Assembly (NCBI RefSeq): GCF_006345805.1
Contig: NC_042999.1
Span: forward strand, 1,798,001-1,862,000
Length of the DNA stretch: 64,000 nt
From: Octopus sinensis
Taxonomy: Eukaryota
Direction of reading: 5' to 3'
A program made the translations under genes and the position numbers. This document shows, in pieces, positions 37,331-51,236 of this stretch (position 1 is the first letter of the stretch; each line of letters starts with the position of its first letter). The notes beneath the pieces are model-generated. The model saw only the letters and a program-made list of their open reading frames with translations. It ran no database searches and was not told where the DNA came from.

Positions 37331-38085
37331 GCAACATCAATGTAAATATGAACAAAAGTTCCCTGTCCAAAGCTGAGTTTAAGAGTTTGAACTAATTATC
37401 ATCATACAACACACAACTGGTGAAAGAAACTCAATAAAGTTGTTAGATGCTCCGCTCTGGATAAGTGGACTTCACCTCTGTGACCTTTGGATGGGAGCTA
37501 ATATTTTCATTAAAATTTCTGCCAATGGAGTATAGCAGGTTCATTGATAATTTCATTAATACAGAAACAAAACTGGTTGTGTACACCCTTCGGTTTGTAA
37601 CATGGAAACTAATTATGCTAATTTTTAATATGTGTTTTGCCTTTCGAGAAGAAAATTCTAGACATGCTACCGAATCTTTCATCACTAGAATAATCACAAG
37701 ACATGGTAAATTCTTTTGTTAATAATCATATCCAACGGAAACTACAATGGCTAGAACCCAATGGGAAGGAGTGATTTATCCCTAAACTGGGACAACACCC
37801 TCCGAAAAATGTTATGCTCTGTATTTGGCTGGGCATAAAGTGTCACCAAGAGTCTCTCTCTCTCTCTCTTTATATATATATATATAAAGAGAAAGAGAGA
37901 GAGAGAGAGAGTAATAAATAGATAGACAGACAGACTGATAGATAGATACATTGATAAATATAGATGTATAGATAAATAGATTGATAGATAGATGGACAGA
38001 CTGACAAATTGATTGACAGATAGATAAAGATACAGGTAGACAGATACAGGTATGTGTGTGTGTGTTTGTGTGTACACATATACAG

Positions 38086-38123
<38 letters not shown>

Positions 38124-38265
38124 ATAAGTGTTGGGAAGGGCATCTGGCCATAGAAACCATACCAAAACAGACTGGAGTCTGAATCAGCTTGCCAGCCCTG
38201 GTCAAACTGTCGAACCCATGCCGGCACTGACAACAGATGTTAAATGATGATGACAATGATGATGA

Positions 38266-38314
<49 letters not shown>

Positions 38315-39144
38315 GAGATAAATAAGTATATAGATACAGACAACGGAAAAGAAAGCCAAAAAGAAAGAGAAGAGAGAAAGATTAAATAAAGACATCATAC
38401 TAAGCCTGTGTCCTCCAGCCCAGAACAATGCTGTCTCGGTTGTCATGACTGAAGTCATAACGGATCATTGTTAATACAATATCTAAATATATATAAGAGA
38501 GAGTCGTTAATATTGCTGTTAGTATTGTATAGGTGCTAAATCTTTCATATGACCAAGTCAAACATTTTGCCAACACATAAAAGAAGGTTAGATTACAATA
38601 TTAACAAAATATTTCTATAAAAGCATCTTTGTTAAGAATTGGCATCTTTTAGTCAATTGATTCGAGGAAGAATTTCATAAAAAGACACTTATGATTCCAC
38701 CAAAGAAAATATCAGATAAATAAAGAGGAAACACGATTTCTATTTCTTCACGGTTTTTGGTAGACAGAATTTCCATAAAAGAATAAAAGATAACTTCTGA
38801 AGATAGAAGAATTAGAAGACTGGCAGAGTCGTAGAATTTATCCGAAACTTATCAAATAATTACTGACTTAACATAATACCTTATATACAAGTATACATAC
38901 ATTACGTACTCTCGCACACAAACGTGTGTGTGTGTAGTTAGATTGATGCACAGATAAATAAATAGATACATACACATATTAATGTCTCTACATAAACACA
39001 CACATGTATATATGCTCTTTTATATATTTGTATAAAAGTTTGTGTGTTTATATATGTATATGTGCATGTATAAATATATATATATGCATACATACATATA
39101 TACACACATGTGTGTGTGTACATATATACATACATACACACCTT

Positions 39145-39412
39145 ACTGGCACCTGTGCTGGTGGCATGTGTAAAAGGATTTGAGCGAGGTCATTGCCAGT
39201 ACCGCCTGACTGGCCCTCATGCCGGTGGCACATAAAAGCACCCACTACACTCTCGGAGTGATTGGCATTAGGAAGGGCATCCAGCTGTAGAAACTCTGGC
39301 AAATCAAGATTGGAGCCTGGTGCAGCCATCTGATTCACCAGCTCTCAGTCAAAATCGTCCAACCCATGCTAGCATGGAAAGCGGACGTTAAACGATGATG
39401 ATGATGATGATG
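39145..39412 (+). mobile_element. RTE LINE 3' tail (other tails at ~38130-38268 +, ~39470-39770 -)
   Basis: Terminal block and (GAT)n. Confidence 0.8.
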
Positions 39413-39984
39413 ACATGCACACACATAGATAGATAGATACATACATACATACATATATACACACCTACATCATCTTCATCATCATCATCATCATCGTTTA
39501 ATGTCCACCCTCCATGCTGGCATGGGTTGGATCATTTCACAAGAGCCTGTCAGACAGAAGTCTTCACCAGACTTCTGTGACTGGTTTGGCAGGATTTTTC
39601 CAGCTGAATGCTCTTCCCTACACCAACCACTCAACAGAGTGGACTTAGTGCTTTTTATGTGGCATAAGCACAGGCGAGGTCAGTGTTGGCAAGCTTTATA
39701 CAGCTGGATGCCCTTCCAAACACCAACCACTTTACAATGAGCACTGGGTGCTTCTACGTGGAACCTCCACTGACAGGGTCATAAAGTACTTGCAAGACAA
39801 AAAAAAAATTTAATGCATACATAAATATAGATGCATACGCACAACATCATATATATATGCAAATATATGTTTCATACATAAACACATACACATCAGCATA
39901 CATACACATATATAGTGATAAATACACACACATACACACACATCAGTGGTGATTGCATCATGGGAACTGATTATACTCTTTTAC

Positions 39985-40205
39985 TCTCTTTTTACTCTTT
40001 TACTTGTTTCAGTCATTTGACTGCGGCCATGCTGGAGCACCGCCTTTAATCAAGCAACTCGACCCCGAGACTTATTCTTTTGTAAGCCCAGTACTTATTC
40101 TATCGGTCTCTTTTGCTGAACCGCTAAGTAACGGGGAAATAAACACACCAGCATCGGTTGTCAAGCAATGCTAGGGGGACAAACACAGACACACAAACAC
40201 ACACA

Positions 40206-40255
<50 letters not shown>

Positions 40256-40423
40256 TACGACGGGCTTCTTTCAGTTTCCGTCAACCAAATCCACTCACAA
40301 GGCTTTGGTCGGCCCAAGGCTATAGTAGAAGACACTTGCCCAAGCTGCCACACAGGGGGACTGAACCCGGAACCATGTGGCTGGTAAACAAGCTACTTAC
40401 CACACAGCCACTCCTGCGCCTAT
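39985..40423 (-). mobile_element. CORE-like tRNA-derived SINE, full length, internal (TA)n
   Basis: Colinear with 45438-45826, with a (TCTTTTAC)n tail. Confidence 0.9.
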
Positions 40424-40458
40424 CTTAATTTTCTCAATGATCATGAAAAAATCTCTAG

Positions 40459-40680
40459 CCATTTAGCATTTAAACCCGTCATATCCGGCCAAAAGTATTC
40501 TGCCTGTTTTATGGTCAAACTGGCCAGATCTGGTCTCTCACACCAACCCAACAATATCGTTTTAAAAATTAACAGCTACCTCATCAAAATCTCATAGCTA
40601 CAAGATAATGCATGATTAGTTCAAAACAATATGGATAAAAAAAGGATTAATTTTGACAGAATAATGTGAACACTAAAGGG
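40459..40680. mobile_element. piggyBac-like MITE, diverged
   Basis: Ends CCATTTAGCATT / AACACTAAAGGG flanked by CTAG / TTAG, consistent with decayed TTAA. Confidence 0.45.
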
Positions 40681-40841
40681 TTAGATCGTTTCTTTGAAAA
40701 TTCTTTACTACTTAAGCTAAAATCTCGTACCACTTACTTTGATTATGGTATATAAAAAGGCAGTATTGAACTGGAGCCATTACTTGGTTACATGTGTCAC
40801 CAAACACAAAGAAACACACAAAGACATACAACTACATATAT

Positions 40842-41360
40842 CAGTAGCGACTCCGGCATTCAGGCTATTCAGGCTTAGACTGAGTATAAGTTTAGTAAAA
40901 TGAACATGCATTATCAAGCTGATTTAATTCCTGCCAACACTGATTTCAAGTATGTAATTACAGTCAATAACTCGGGATCCTTTTATTGAGCCTGGTTGCA
41001 GTTCATTTATTTTCATTCAGCATTTGGCGGTCATCTTAGAGGTGCCCTGTGTCAAAAAATATCATTCGTAGCAGACATTCTCTCGACATCATTTACACGC
41101 GCCTGACTCGGGCTCAGAAGTTTCAGCCCCAGTTGTTGTCTATGTTTGTACAAATTAAAAGTAATTCAAATTCAATGTTTTTCTTAGAAATTTATTGTTT
41201 CAAGAAAAACAATGAAACAATAAATGTTTATAGAGATTAGGATTTAAATTCCAATCTATGAAAAGTTTCCATTCTACAATATTCTTAAAGGAACGAAAAA
41301 TTATCCAGCAACTTGGGCTAATACGAATGATCCTGGTAAGTGAAAAGTCTAACTGGCATC
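40842..41360 (+). repeat. Unclassified dispersed repeat, copy B
   Basis: See 6501-6946. Confidence 0.8.
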
Positions 41361-43229
41361 CCTAACTGGTTAAAAGTTTTAGTGGGTGCAAAATCAAAAT
41401 TTGCACCCCCTACATACTTTGCCAAGTTTAGAAAATAGTGTCTAAAACTTGATCTGTCAAAAAGTTGCTTGAAGTTAGGTTCCTTCTCAAAACAAGAACA
41501 AAGGACAAAAATAAATACAAAAAAAAAAGTCCAAAATGTTTATTGATGAAGCTTGTCATAAAATTCCCAAGGGAATTCTCTAGAAAGATATACTACTGAA
41601 CTTAAGCAGTGTCCTCATTATACATATAGCAGCAGCAACGACAACAACAACAGCATGACTATATAGTGTAGAGGTTAAGAGTGAGGGCTACTAACCTCAA
41701 GATTCTGAGTTCAATTCCAGCCAGTGACCTGAATAATAATAATAATAAGTTTCCATCTACCAAATCCACTCACAAAATTTTGGTCAGCCTGAGGCTATAG
41801 AAGAAGACACTTGCCCAAGGTGCTATGCTGTGGGACTAAACCTGGAACCATGTGGTTGGTTAGCAAGCTACTTACCACAGAGTCACTCCTATGCCTATAT
41901 AGGCAAAATTAATAGATATATATAAAAGTATTATATATAACAGGAGCACTTTTTTAAAAGACAGCAGCCCTTGTTATATATATATATATAATTTTTTTTA
42001 ATATATATCTACTGATTTTGCCTATATGGTTTTAGCTTGCGGCTACTAACGTTAATATCTCTCATAAGTATTAATGTTCTTTCTTTATATATATATATAT
42101 AGCTCATGCCCACAGGCACACACATACGGGCATAAAGTGTGCGAAACGATGTGTGACACAAGCTAAGCTTTTCATGTATTTGCTTTCAATTCAGTTTTTT
42201 TTTTAGCGCAAAGTCAAAATTATTCTGAAATAATTTCAAGTAAAAAGAATAGTTGCATAATAATGCCAGTGCACTAAACACTGACATAAATTTGGCATTG
42301 ATGCACAATTCTACCATTCAGTTAGTGCAGGAATTTCGCATCAGAGGATTATAATCACTATGATCAAATGCAGCAGATTACAGAGATTTCAAAGGTTACA
42401 TGAGATATTTGCCAATTCCATCATTTTACACTCCATTCAAAAACGAAGTAAATTTTTGATTCACGGTAATCTTTAGTTAATACACTGAACATCACTGCAT
42501 AATATTTATTTCGCAATCATTTCTCAAATTTCAACTAGTAGAAATATGATTAAAAAACTGCATAAAAACAGGAAAAGGTGTCAGTACTTTTATATCTTTC
42601 TTGTGTTTTTTATGCTTATTTATTTCTTATTATTCGCTTGTTTTTCATTTATGTGTTTTCCTTTCGAAAATTATGTTTTTGAAAGAGACCAGCAGTGCAT
42701 CAAATATAATCTTTTAATCTAGTTGTTAGAAAAATTTAATTGAAATCAATAGGAATTTGTTATCGTGTGGAGAATAACTGTTCATTTTTATCAATGCTAA
42801 TAATTTTAGCCAACAAAATGCTGTGAGATAATTTAGAAAATTAAAAATATTATTTGCCAAATGTAATATGCATTTTTGTTTTCAAAGATCAGGGTTTGAC
42901 AAGGACGGTGTTGTGTTTTGTTTTTTTTTAATTAAGAAGGATAATTCTGTTGACGATGACAAAAATGAAAAAGGTTTTGAAGGAGAAGTATCAATAAATA
43001 AAAGAATAAATAGCAGTGTAAATAATGGACACAGTCAAAACTATTGAAAAGGTTGCAAGACGCAACGAAAATTTTAGGACAATAAAAATAAGAAAAAAGT
43101 GGAAATTTTACCGGTGAGTGTGTTACATAATAAGGCACAAAAAGAAAATGACTCTCCCCAAACACAACAGAATATGCTTCAACACACGAACTCATATAGA
43201 GAATCTTGCAAACCAACTCCTTTTGGGGT

Positions 43230-43650
43230 CGATTAAATAAGTACCAATTATGCACTGGGGTCGATATAATCGACTTAATCCGTTTGTCTGTCCTTGTTTG
43301 TCCCCTCTGTATTTAGCCCCTTGTGGGTAGTAAAGAAATAGGTATTTTGTCTGCTGTTACGTTCTGAGTTCAAATTCTGCTGAGGTCGACTTTGCCATTC
43401 ATCTTTTCGGAGTCCATTAAATAAGTACCAGTTATGCACTGGGGTCGATATAATCGACTTGATCCGTTTTTCTGACCTTGTTTGTCCCCTCTGTGTTTAG
43501 CACCTTGTGGGTAGTAATGAAATAGGTATTTCGTCCATCATGGAATTTTGTCTGAGGTCAAATTCCTCCAAGGCTGACTTTGCCTTTTGTCTTGTTGGGG
43601 TCAATAAAATAATTACCAGTTGAACACTGATCAACATAATTGACTTACTT
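43230..43650 (+). mobile_element. Tandemly iterated Meta-like SINE segments
   Basis: TAAATAAGTACCA...GCACTGGGGTCGATATAATCGACTT occurs twice and a third diverged core lies at ~43600. Confidence 0.8.
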
Positions 43651-44478
43651 CCTTTCCTTGAATTTATTAGCATTGTTTCTATAAGAGAAAAGAATATTAT
43701 TATTATTGTTGTTCTCCTTATATTTCATTATTACTGGTATTGCTGCTAATGCTGCTACTACTTATATTTATTATGTATTTTTTTATCGTAAAATGTTAAT
43801 AATTAACTTGTAACAAAATCAGAGCTGAAAAATAACACAATGGCAATTCAGAATTGTCAGGTCAAATGAAGCGAAAACGTAAACATAAAAATACTGGCAA
43901 ATTCTTTCTAACTTGCATCTACAGAATTGTTTCTAATTTCGTTAAACTTTATCTCAAACTTCCACCCACCCACCCATCTACCCAGCGATCACACCTTAAA
44001 ACTAAAAAGTAAAAGTGAAAAAAAAATTTAAATTAAGTAAAGTGGGGGAAATATTTGAAAGATCATCAAATAAATTTTGGAAATAAACAGGGGTGGGGGG
44101 ACGTATAGCCAGGTAATAATGATTAAATTAAGCATGGGTTGTATTGAAAATCTGAACAGATGAAATCATCAAAAAAATGGCCACTCATATTAATATGAGG
44201 AAAGGAAAGAGGAGGACGAGGAGGCGGGGAGAAGAAAAAGAAAAAGAAGGAAAAGCAGAGGAGGTGCACCACAGCAAAAACAAAATTTCAAATAAGGAAA
44301 TAAAGATTTAGTAATACAGTTTTCATTTTAACTTTCATTGCAATCAATAAATAACATCGATGTCTCTAAACAGGCACTTGAACAGATCAGCTAGAAATAG
44401 CAGATAAATATTACTCAACTCACATCGTATCGTCTTAAAAAACGAGGAAGAAAAGGCCACTTTAGATAACTGTTTGTT

Positions 44479-44773
44479 CCTTCTTGAGCCACGTCTGGCT
44501 CATAAGGGCCGGTTTCCTGGTTTCTTTGGCGTATATGTTCCCCACCTGGATGGGACGCCGGTCCATCACAGGTGAGCTGCAAGATGCAGGAGGAAAGAGT
44601 GAGAGAAAGTTATGGCGAAAAAGTCAGCAGAAGTTTGCCATTACCTTCTGCCGGAGCCACGTGGAGCTTAGGTGTTTCGCTCATAAAACACACACATCAC
44701 CCAGTCTGAGATTTGAACCCGCGATCCTTCGACCGTGAGTCCGCTGCTCTAACCACTAGGCCATGTGCCTCCA
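44479..44773 (-). mobile_element. tRNA-derived SINE (same head family as 7128 and 58577, different tail)
   Basis: Head GTGGAGGCACATGGCCTAGTGGTTAGAGCAGCGGACTC; the tail contains GGACCGGCGTCCCATCCAGGTGGGG. Confidence 0.85.
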
Positions 44774-45437
44774 CACATTAAATAATAGCTTGGTAAAATT
44801 TCTTACTGAAAAGAAAAAAATACACACACACACATACAGAGATTTGTAAAATTTAATTTATATTTCAAATTATTCCAAATTTTATGCATTTACTTCTGTA
44901 TGCGGTGTGCACATTATTAGTAATAATAACAATGTATGCTTAGCTAGAACTTAAATAGGTTCAATATAATCACAGATGATTAATTGCTGATCCTCTTGTT
45001 GCTGGTGATGATTGTTGTTAACATCATCATTACTTAACATCCACATTTCCATGCTTGCATGAGTCAGACAGAATTTGTAAAGGCAGATTTTTCTACGACC
45101 TTATGGCCTTCCTACAGCCAACGCTTAACTGTTTCCAGGTAAAGTAATATTTTTCCTATACCCAAACATATTTCTCAAGGAAGACTGGAAATGAACAACA
45201 CCGCTTGTATGACAGTGATGCTTATTTACTATCATTACATGATGTCAAGACAAGGGTACAAAGACGCATATATATATCTTTTATATATTAATAATTATAT
45301 ACATAATTATAATAAGGGATTGGCAATAAGCCTCTCTACGAGCTAGAAAATAGACCCCAAAAGATGCTATTATCGCTTTGGTAAAATCATTAATGATTTT
45401 TACTCTTTATTATAAAATATATATATATATATATATA

Positions 45438-45826
45438 TACTCTTTTACTCTTTTACTTGTTTCAGTTATTTTGACTGCAGCCATGCTGGAGCACCGCCTT
45501 TAGTCGAGCAAATCGACCCCGGGACTTATTCTATGTAAGCCCAGTACTTATTCTATCAGTCTCTTTTGCCGAACCGCTAAGTTACGGGGACGTAAACACA
45601 CCAGCATCGGTTGTCAAGCAATGCTAGGGGGATAAACACTCACACATACACACACATATATATATATATACGACAGGCTTCTTTCAGTTTCCGTCTACCA
45701 AATCCACTCACAAGGCATTGGTCGGCCCAGGGCTATAGCAGAAGACACTTGCCCAAGATGCCACGCAGTGGGACTGAACCCAGAACCATGTGGTTGGTTA
45801 GCAAGCTACTTACCACACAGCCACTT
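45438..45826 (-). mobile_element. CORE-like tRNA-derived SINE, full length
   Basis: Colinear with 39985-40423. Confidence 0.9.
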
Positions 45827-46032
45827 CTATTTTTTCTTTCCAAGAAAGAGGTTGTGAATCCAACCAACTAAGGGATAATATCCAATATACTGCTGGTAGA
45901 ATACCCAGTTACTAATACACAAGTGTTTTTTATTGCATTGCAATTACATTGCCGAGTGTACTGAATGGGTGAATGTAAAGAGATATTTTACCATTAATTT
46001 ATATACATAGCCTCTAATTGAATTATATATAT

Positions 46033-46229
46033 ATCATCATCATCATCATCATCATTTAGCGTCCGCTTTCCATGCTAGCATGGGCTGGACGGTTCAACTG
46101 GGGTCTGGGAAGCCAGAAGGCTGCACCAGGCCCAGTTTGATCTGGCAGTGTTTCTACGGCTGGATGCCCTTCCTAATGCCAACCACTCCGTGAGTGTAGT
46201 GGGTGCTTTTTACATGCCACCTGCACAGG
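46033..46229 (-). mobile_element. RTE LINE 3' tail
   Basis: (CAT)n and terminal block. Confidence 0.85.
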
Positions 46230-46290
46230 TATATATATATATATATATATGTATTATATTATATATATGTATATATATAATATATATGTG

Positions 46291-46321
<31 letters not shown>

Positions 46322-46475
46322 ATATATAATATATATTATATATATATATATATAATATTATATTATATGTATATATATATGATTGATTGATTGATTCCAG
46401 TTTCAGCTCATGAGCTGTGGCCATGCTGGGCACCGCCATATATATTAATATATAATATATATATATGTATATATG

Positions 46476-46540
<65 letters not shown>

Positions 46541-46541
<1 letters not shown>

Positions 46542-47507
46542 CTCGACAGAGCGTTAGTACCTTGAGAGAAATGTTGTACCTAAGAAGCATCGGTTGTGGT
46601 GTGCAAGAGAGACGATTGCGCTGGTATGGTCATGTGGCGAGAATAGATGAAGATAGGTGTGTGAGAAAGTGCCAATCCCTAGCAGTTGAGGGAACCCATG
46701 GAAGAGGTAGACCCAGGAAAACCTGGGACGAGGTGGTGAGGCACGACCTTCGGACGTTAGGTCTCACCATGGAAATGACTAGAGACCGAGACCTATGGAA
46801 GTATGCTGTGCGTGAGAAGACCCAGCAAGACTAGTGAAGCCATAACCCGTGGCCCCTACCTGGGACGTAGTCAGTCCACCTGTGCATACCTTCCTTCTTG
46901 TGACACTTGTGAAGACCTGTTGAGGCAAGTGAAAATCAAATCAAATCAAACCAAAATAGATGAACATCAATGGAATTTGTATCCTTGTGGTACCAGTGCC
47001 GGTGGCACATAAGAAAACTATCCGAACGTGACCGTAGCCAGTACCGCATCGACTGGCCTCCGTGCTGAGGGCACATAACAAACACCATCCGATCATGGCC
47101 GTTCGCCAGCCTCGTCTGGCACCTGTGTCGGTGACACATAAGAAAACACCATCCGAGCGTGGCCGTCTGCCAGCCTTGTCTGGCACCTGTGTCGGTGGCA
47201 CATAAAAAAAAATACCATCTGAGCGTGGCCGTCTGCCAGCCTCGTCTGGCACCTGTGTCGGTGGCACATAAAAAACACCATCCGAGCGTGGCCGTCTGCC
47301 AGCCTCGTCTGGCACCTGTGTTGGTGGCACATAAAATCACCCACTACACTCTCGGAGTGGTTGGCGTTAGGAAGGGCATCCAGCTGTAGAAACACTGCCA
47401 GATCTGACTGGCCTGGTGCAGCCTTCGGGCTTGCCAGACCCCAGTTGAACCGTCCAACCCATGCTAGCATGGAAAGCGGACGTTAAACGATGATGATGAT
47501 GATGATG
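46541..47507 (+). mobile_element. RTE LINE 3' fragment (97 C-terminal codons, complete 3' UTR) within (TA)n
   Basis: [43 protein letters not shown]...REKTQQD*, nearly the same as 52100-52471. The UTR has six hairpin units and a (GAT)n tail. Confidence 0.95.
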
Positions 47508-48529
47508 ATATATATATATATATAAAATTCAATTAGAGACTATGTTAGCCTCATGAAGGGATCAGTGAGGGTTGATAAAGGCATTAAGTACCAATGAAGT
47601 GGTGGAGTTAATGTAATTAACTAACCCCTTTCACAAAATTGCTGGCCTTGTGCTTAAATTAGAAAGAATTCTGACTAATAGTATATACACAACTCCTAAT
47701 TACGCAACCATAAAAGCTAGGATAATCTGAAATTTAAGATAAACTTTTCGAAGGTGGGTTCCTGTTTTTAGTAAAGAAGAAATTTATCCTGGCTGGGAAA
47801 AGTAAAATAAACTGGTTACACTATAATTTCTTAAGAATGGTTAGAAAAAGAGTTCATTCTGACAGCTTCGATGGTTATTGATAGCAATTAGAATAAATAT
47901 TTTTTTTTCTGGACAAGAAGAGAATAAAACTTGTGAAGTGAACACTTTATTTTTCACAGCCTGGCTAAATTCTATCACAGGTCGCTCCGATAAGGAAAAG
48001 AAATTTCTAAGACAGGCTGTGACTGATTATAAAGAAGATATATGTTAAATGGAAAAAAGTGAATTATTTAAAATAGATGTACAGCATAAAGTATCGTTTT
48101 GTGAATATTTTATAGAAAGACAGAGAACAATATAGCACTTTTACTGCAAAATTTCTCTCCTTTCTTGCATAAACTGCAGAATAACCAACAAAAAATTAAA
48201 TTACATTGATAAATTGTGTTTACAAAAAACATACTTATAAGGTTTGTCTTATTTACATTTCAAATTATACTGAGAGACTTTTGTATAGTTCTGTACATAC
48301 ATGCATGTATTTACATACACTTACTTGTATGTAAATACACACATATGTGTGTATGTAATTGTTCAATTTATTTCAAGATTTCTTGCCAATAGAGAAAGAA
48401 CTGGTTTCTAACCTAGATTCAAGGCTCCTTTATTGGAATTTCAACATCAACAACAAGGTATTTTTATTTGTATGTATGTATTCACCCATAATTTTGAGCC
48501 TTGTGCCTAGAGTAGAAAAGATTCTTTAA

Positions 48530-48749
48530 CCCTTTCGTTACTGTATTTATTTTGAGATGCTCTGTGTTTCTTTCAATTACTTCAAATATAACAAAGAATT
48601 TAGTAAAATAACTTAGTTACCATTAAGCTAGTGTTAGGAACATAAATTGTGACTAAGGTTTGGTGGAAGATTTTAATTCAAAACTCATGAAAACAAGACA
48701 GTTGTATTCAAAGCCAGAGCAGGTTTCAGCCGGGTTGGTAACGAAAGGG
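48530..48749. mobile_element. piggyBac-type MITE, 220 bp
   Basis: TTAA|CCCTTTCGTTAC ... GTAACGAAAGGG|TTAA, perfect 12-bp TIRs identical to the TIR at 29367-29378. Confidence 0.9.
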
Positions 48750-48751
48750 TT

Positions 48752-48965
48752 AAGGCAGTGAGCTGGCAGAATTATTAGTACACTGGATAAAATGCTTAGC
48801 GGTATTTCGTCTGTCTTTACATTCTAAGTTCAAATTCCACCAAGGCCGACTTTGCCTTTCATCCTTTCAAGGTTGATTAATTAAGTACCAGTTATGTACT
48901 GGGGTCGATCTAATCAACTGGCCCCCTCCCACAAGATTTCAGGCCTTGTGCCTACAGTAGAAAAG
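48752..48965 (+). mobile_element. Meta-like SINE
   Basis: Head, B box and core motif. Confidence 0.85.
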
Positions 48966-49514
48966 AATTCAAAGGGAGCCAGCCTAGTCACATTCTGTGC
49001 CACACAGAATCTCCCTGAGAACTACGTTGAAGGTTGGTATGATCTGTGGAGTACTCAGCCACATGCACATTAATTTCATGACCAGGCTGTTCCATCGGTC
49101 GGATGAACTGGAACACTCGGCGTCATATCTGACCGAGGGCCAGCTATAGTGCATTCATCTTTTATTTGTTTCAGTGATGAAACTGTGGCCATGCTGTAGC
49201 ACCACTTGAAGAATTTTAGTCAAACAAAACGACTCGAGTATTTATTTTTACTTCAAGCCTGGTGATTATTTTACCGGTTGCCGGTACCTGGTACTAATTC
49301 GAGTAGTTCAGCAAAATCTGAACCACTTAGTTACAGGGACGTAAACACACCAACACCGGTTGGCAAGCAGTGGTGGAGGACAAACACAGACACAAACACA
49401 TACAAACACACACACTCTTTACTCTTTCACTCTTTCATTTGTTTCAGTCATTTGACTGCGGCCATGCTGGAGTACCGCCTTTAAGTCAAACAAATCGGCA
49501 TTAATTGCTAGAAA

Positions 49515-49583
49515 GCAGCCATGCGACTTGAACCCGCAACCCATCGGATACTGGCTGAGTACTCTACCATTAAGCTAAACTGC
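49515..49583 (-). pseudogene. tRNA-like sequence (SINE head or tRNA pseudogene)
   Basis: GCAGTTTAGCTTAATGGTAGAG...GGGTTCAAGTC...GGCTGC has A and B boxes, but the anticodon stem does not pair. Confidence 0.5.
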
Positions 49584-50332
49584 TCACTGACCACATGCTG
49601 CATTGGTCGGAATTTTTTCAGTTTCCACCTGGAAAATCCACTCACAAGGCTTTGCTTGGACTGAAGCTAGAGTAAAAAGCACCTGACCAAGCTGCCATGC
49701 AGTGGGACTGAACCTGGAACCACATAACATGGAAAGAAATTTCTTACCACACAGACACTACACATTTATGTACAATAGTTAATTTAACTCATGTGTTTTT
49801 TTTTAATATTCAAAATGTTTTCTTACTGGCAATTCTATAGGCAATGACAGACTAAAAATTATCTAACATAACCCTAATTACCAATTCTCGTTAGCTGAAT
49901 ATGCAAATACTTCCAGCAACATCCATCGAATTGCGAGTTTATTATTATTAGTTCTGGTTATTTAAACATTGGTTATTGTTTGAAATATTTACGAGATTGT
50001 ATTTACGATTCGTTATTTTAATTGCAATAATGGGGTAATTATATTTGTCACTACAATAACGATGGTTGTGATGATGTTGATGGTGCTGGTGCTGGTGCTG
50101 GTGGGGACGATGATGACAGCAACAACTACGACGTCGTTGGTGATGATGATGATGAGAGTGGTAGTAATGATGATGATGATGATGATGGTAATGATAATGC
50201 TGATGATAATGATGATGATGATGGTGTTGAGAAAGATGGTGATGCATCATTATTGAATAACGCTACGGATAATGGTAATCATTGTTTGTAAGATTTCTTT
50301 GATTTGCCACAAGGACAACATTTGAAGGCAAC

Positions 50333-50872
50333 ATCATCATCATCATCATCATCATCATTATCGTCATTGTTTAACGCCCGCTTTCCATGCTGGCATGGGT
50401 TGGACAGTTTGACTGAGGACTGGTGAGCGAGAAGGCTGCACCAGGCTCCAATCTGATCTGGCAAAGTTTCTACAGCTAGATGCTGCCCTTCCTAATGCCA
50501 ACCACTCCAAGAGTGTAGTGGGTGTTTTTACGTGCCCCCGGCATGAGGGCTGGTCAGGCGGTTCTGGCAACGACCATACTCAAGAAGTACTTTTTACGTG
50601 CTACCTGCACAGGAGCCAGTCCAGGTGCACTGGCAACGACCACACTCAAATGTTGTTTTTTATGTGCCACCGGTAAGGTGACACTGGCAACAATCATGCT
50701 CGAATGGTGCTTTTTACATGTCACCGGCACTGGAGCCAATCCATGGCTCTGGCAACAATCTCGCTCAGATGTGCTTGTAACACTCCACTGGCAAGAGTGC
50801 CAATCAGGCGGTACTGTCATCGGCCACGTCACTGATTTTGATTTGATTTCACTTCCTCAATAGGTCTTCGCA
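50333..50872 (-). mobile_element. RTE LINE 3' UTR fragment
   Basis: (CAT)n tail, terminal block and ~6 diverged hairpin units. Confidence 0.85.
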
Positions 50873-51236
50873 AGCAAAATTTATTGTCCAATCAACCCCA
50901 GTGTTCAACTGGTACTTATCTTACCAGCCCCGAAAGGATAAAAGGCAAAATCAACCTCAGAGAAATTTGGACTCAGAACATAGCGATGGGCGAAATACTG
51001 CTAAGCATTCTATCCAATGCACAAACAATTCTCCCAGCTCGTTGCCTTAATAATAATAATAATAATAATAATCATCATCATCATCATCGTTTAGCGTCCG
51101 TTTTCCATGCTAGCATGGGTTGGACGGGTCAACTGGGGTCTGTGAAGCTGGAAGGCTTCGTCAGGCCCAGTCAGATCTGGCAGTGTTTCTACGGCTGGAT
51201 GCCCTTCCTAACGCCAACCACTCCGCGAGTGTAGTG

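Noticed and set aside
42937-43113. Candidate plus-strand exon with pyrimidine tract and strong CCG|GTGAGT donor
   Set aside because: Stop codons occur in all three frames. It could only be non-coding, and there is no supporting evidence.
47986-48025. Hammerhead-like CCGATAA GGAAA...TTTCT AAGAC, and similar weak motifs near 10310-10335 (minus) and 13555-13575
   Set aside because: Too many core changes to distinguish from chance without a family consensus.
49515-49583. Functional tRNA gene
   Set aside because: The anticodon stem does not pair and the acceptor stem is weak. The other tRNA-like segments in the window are SINE heads.
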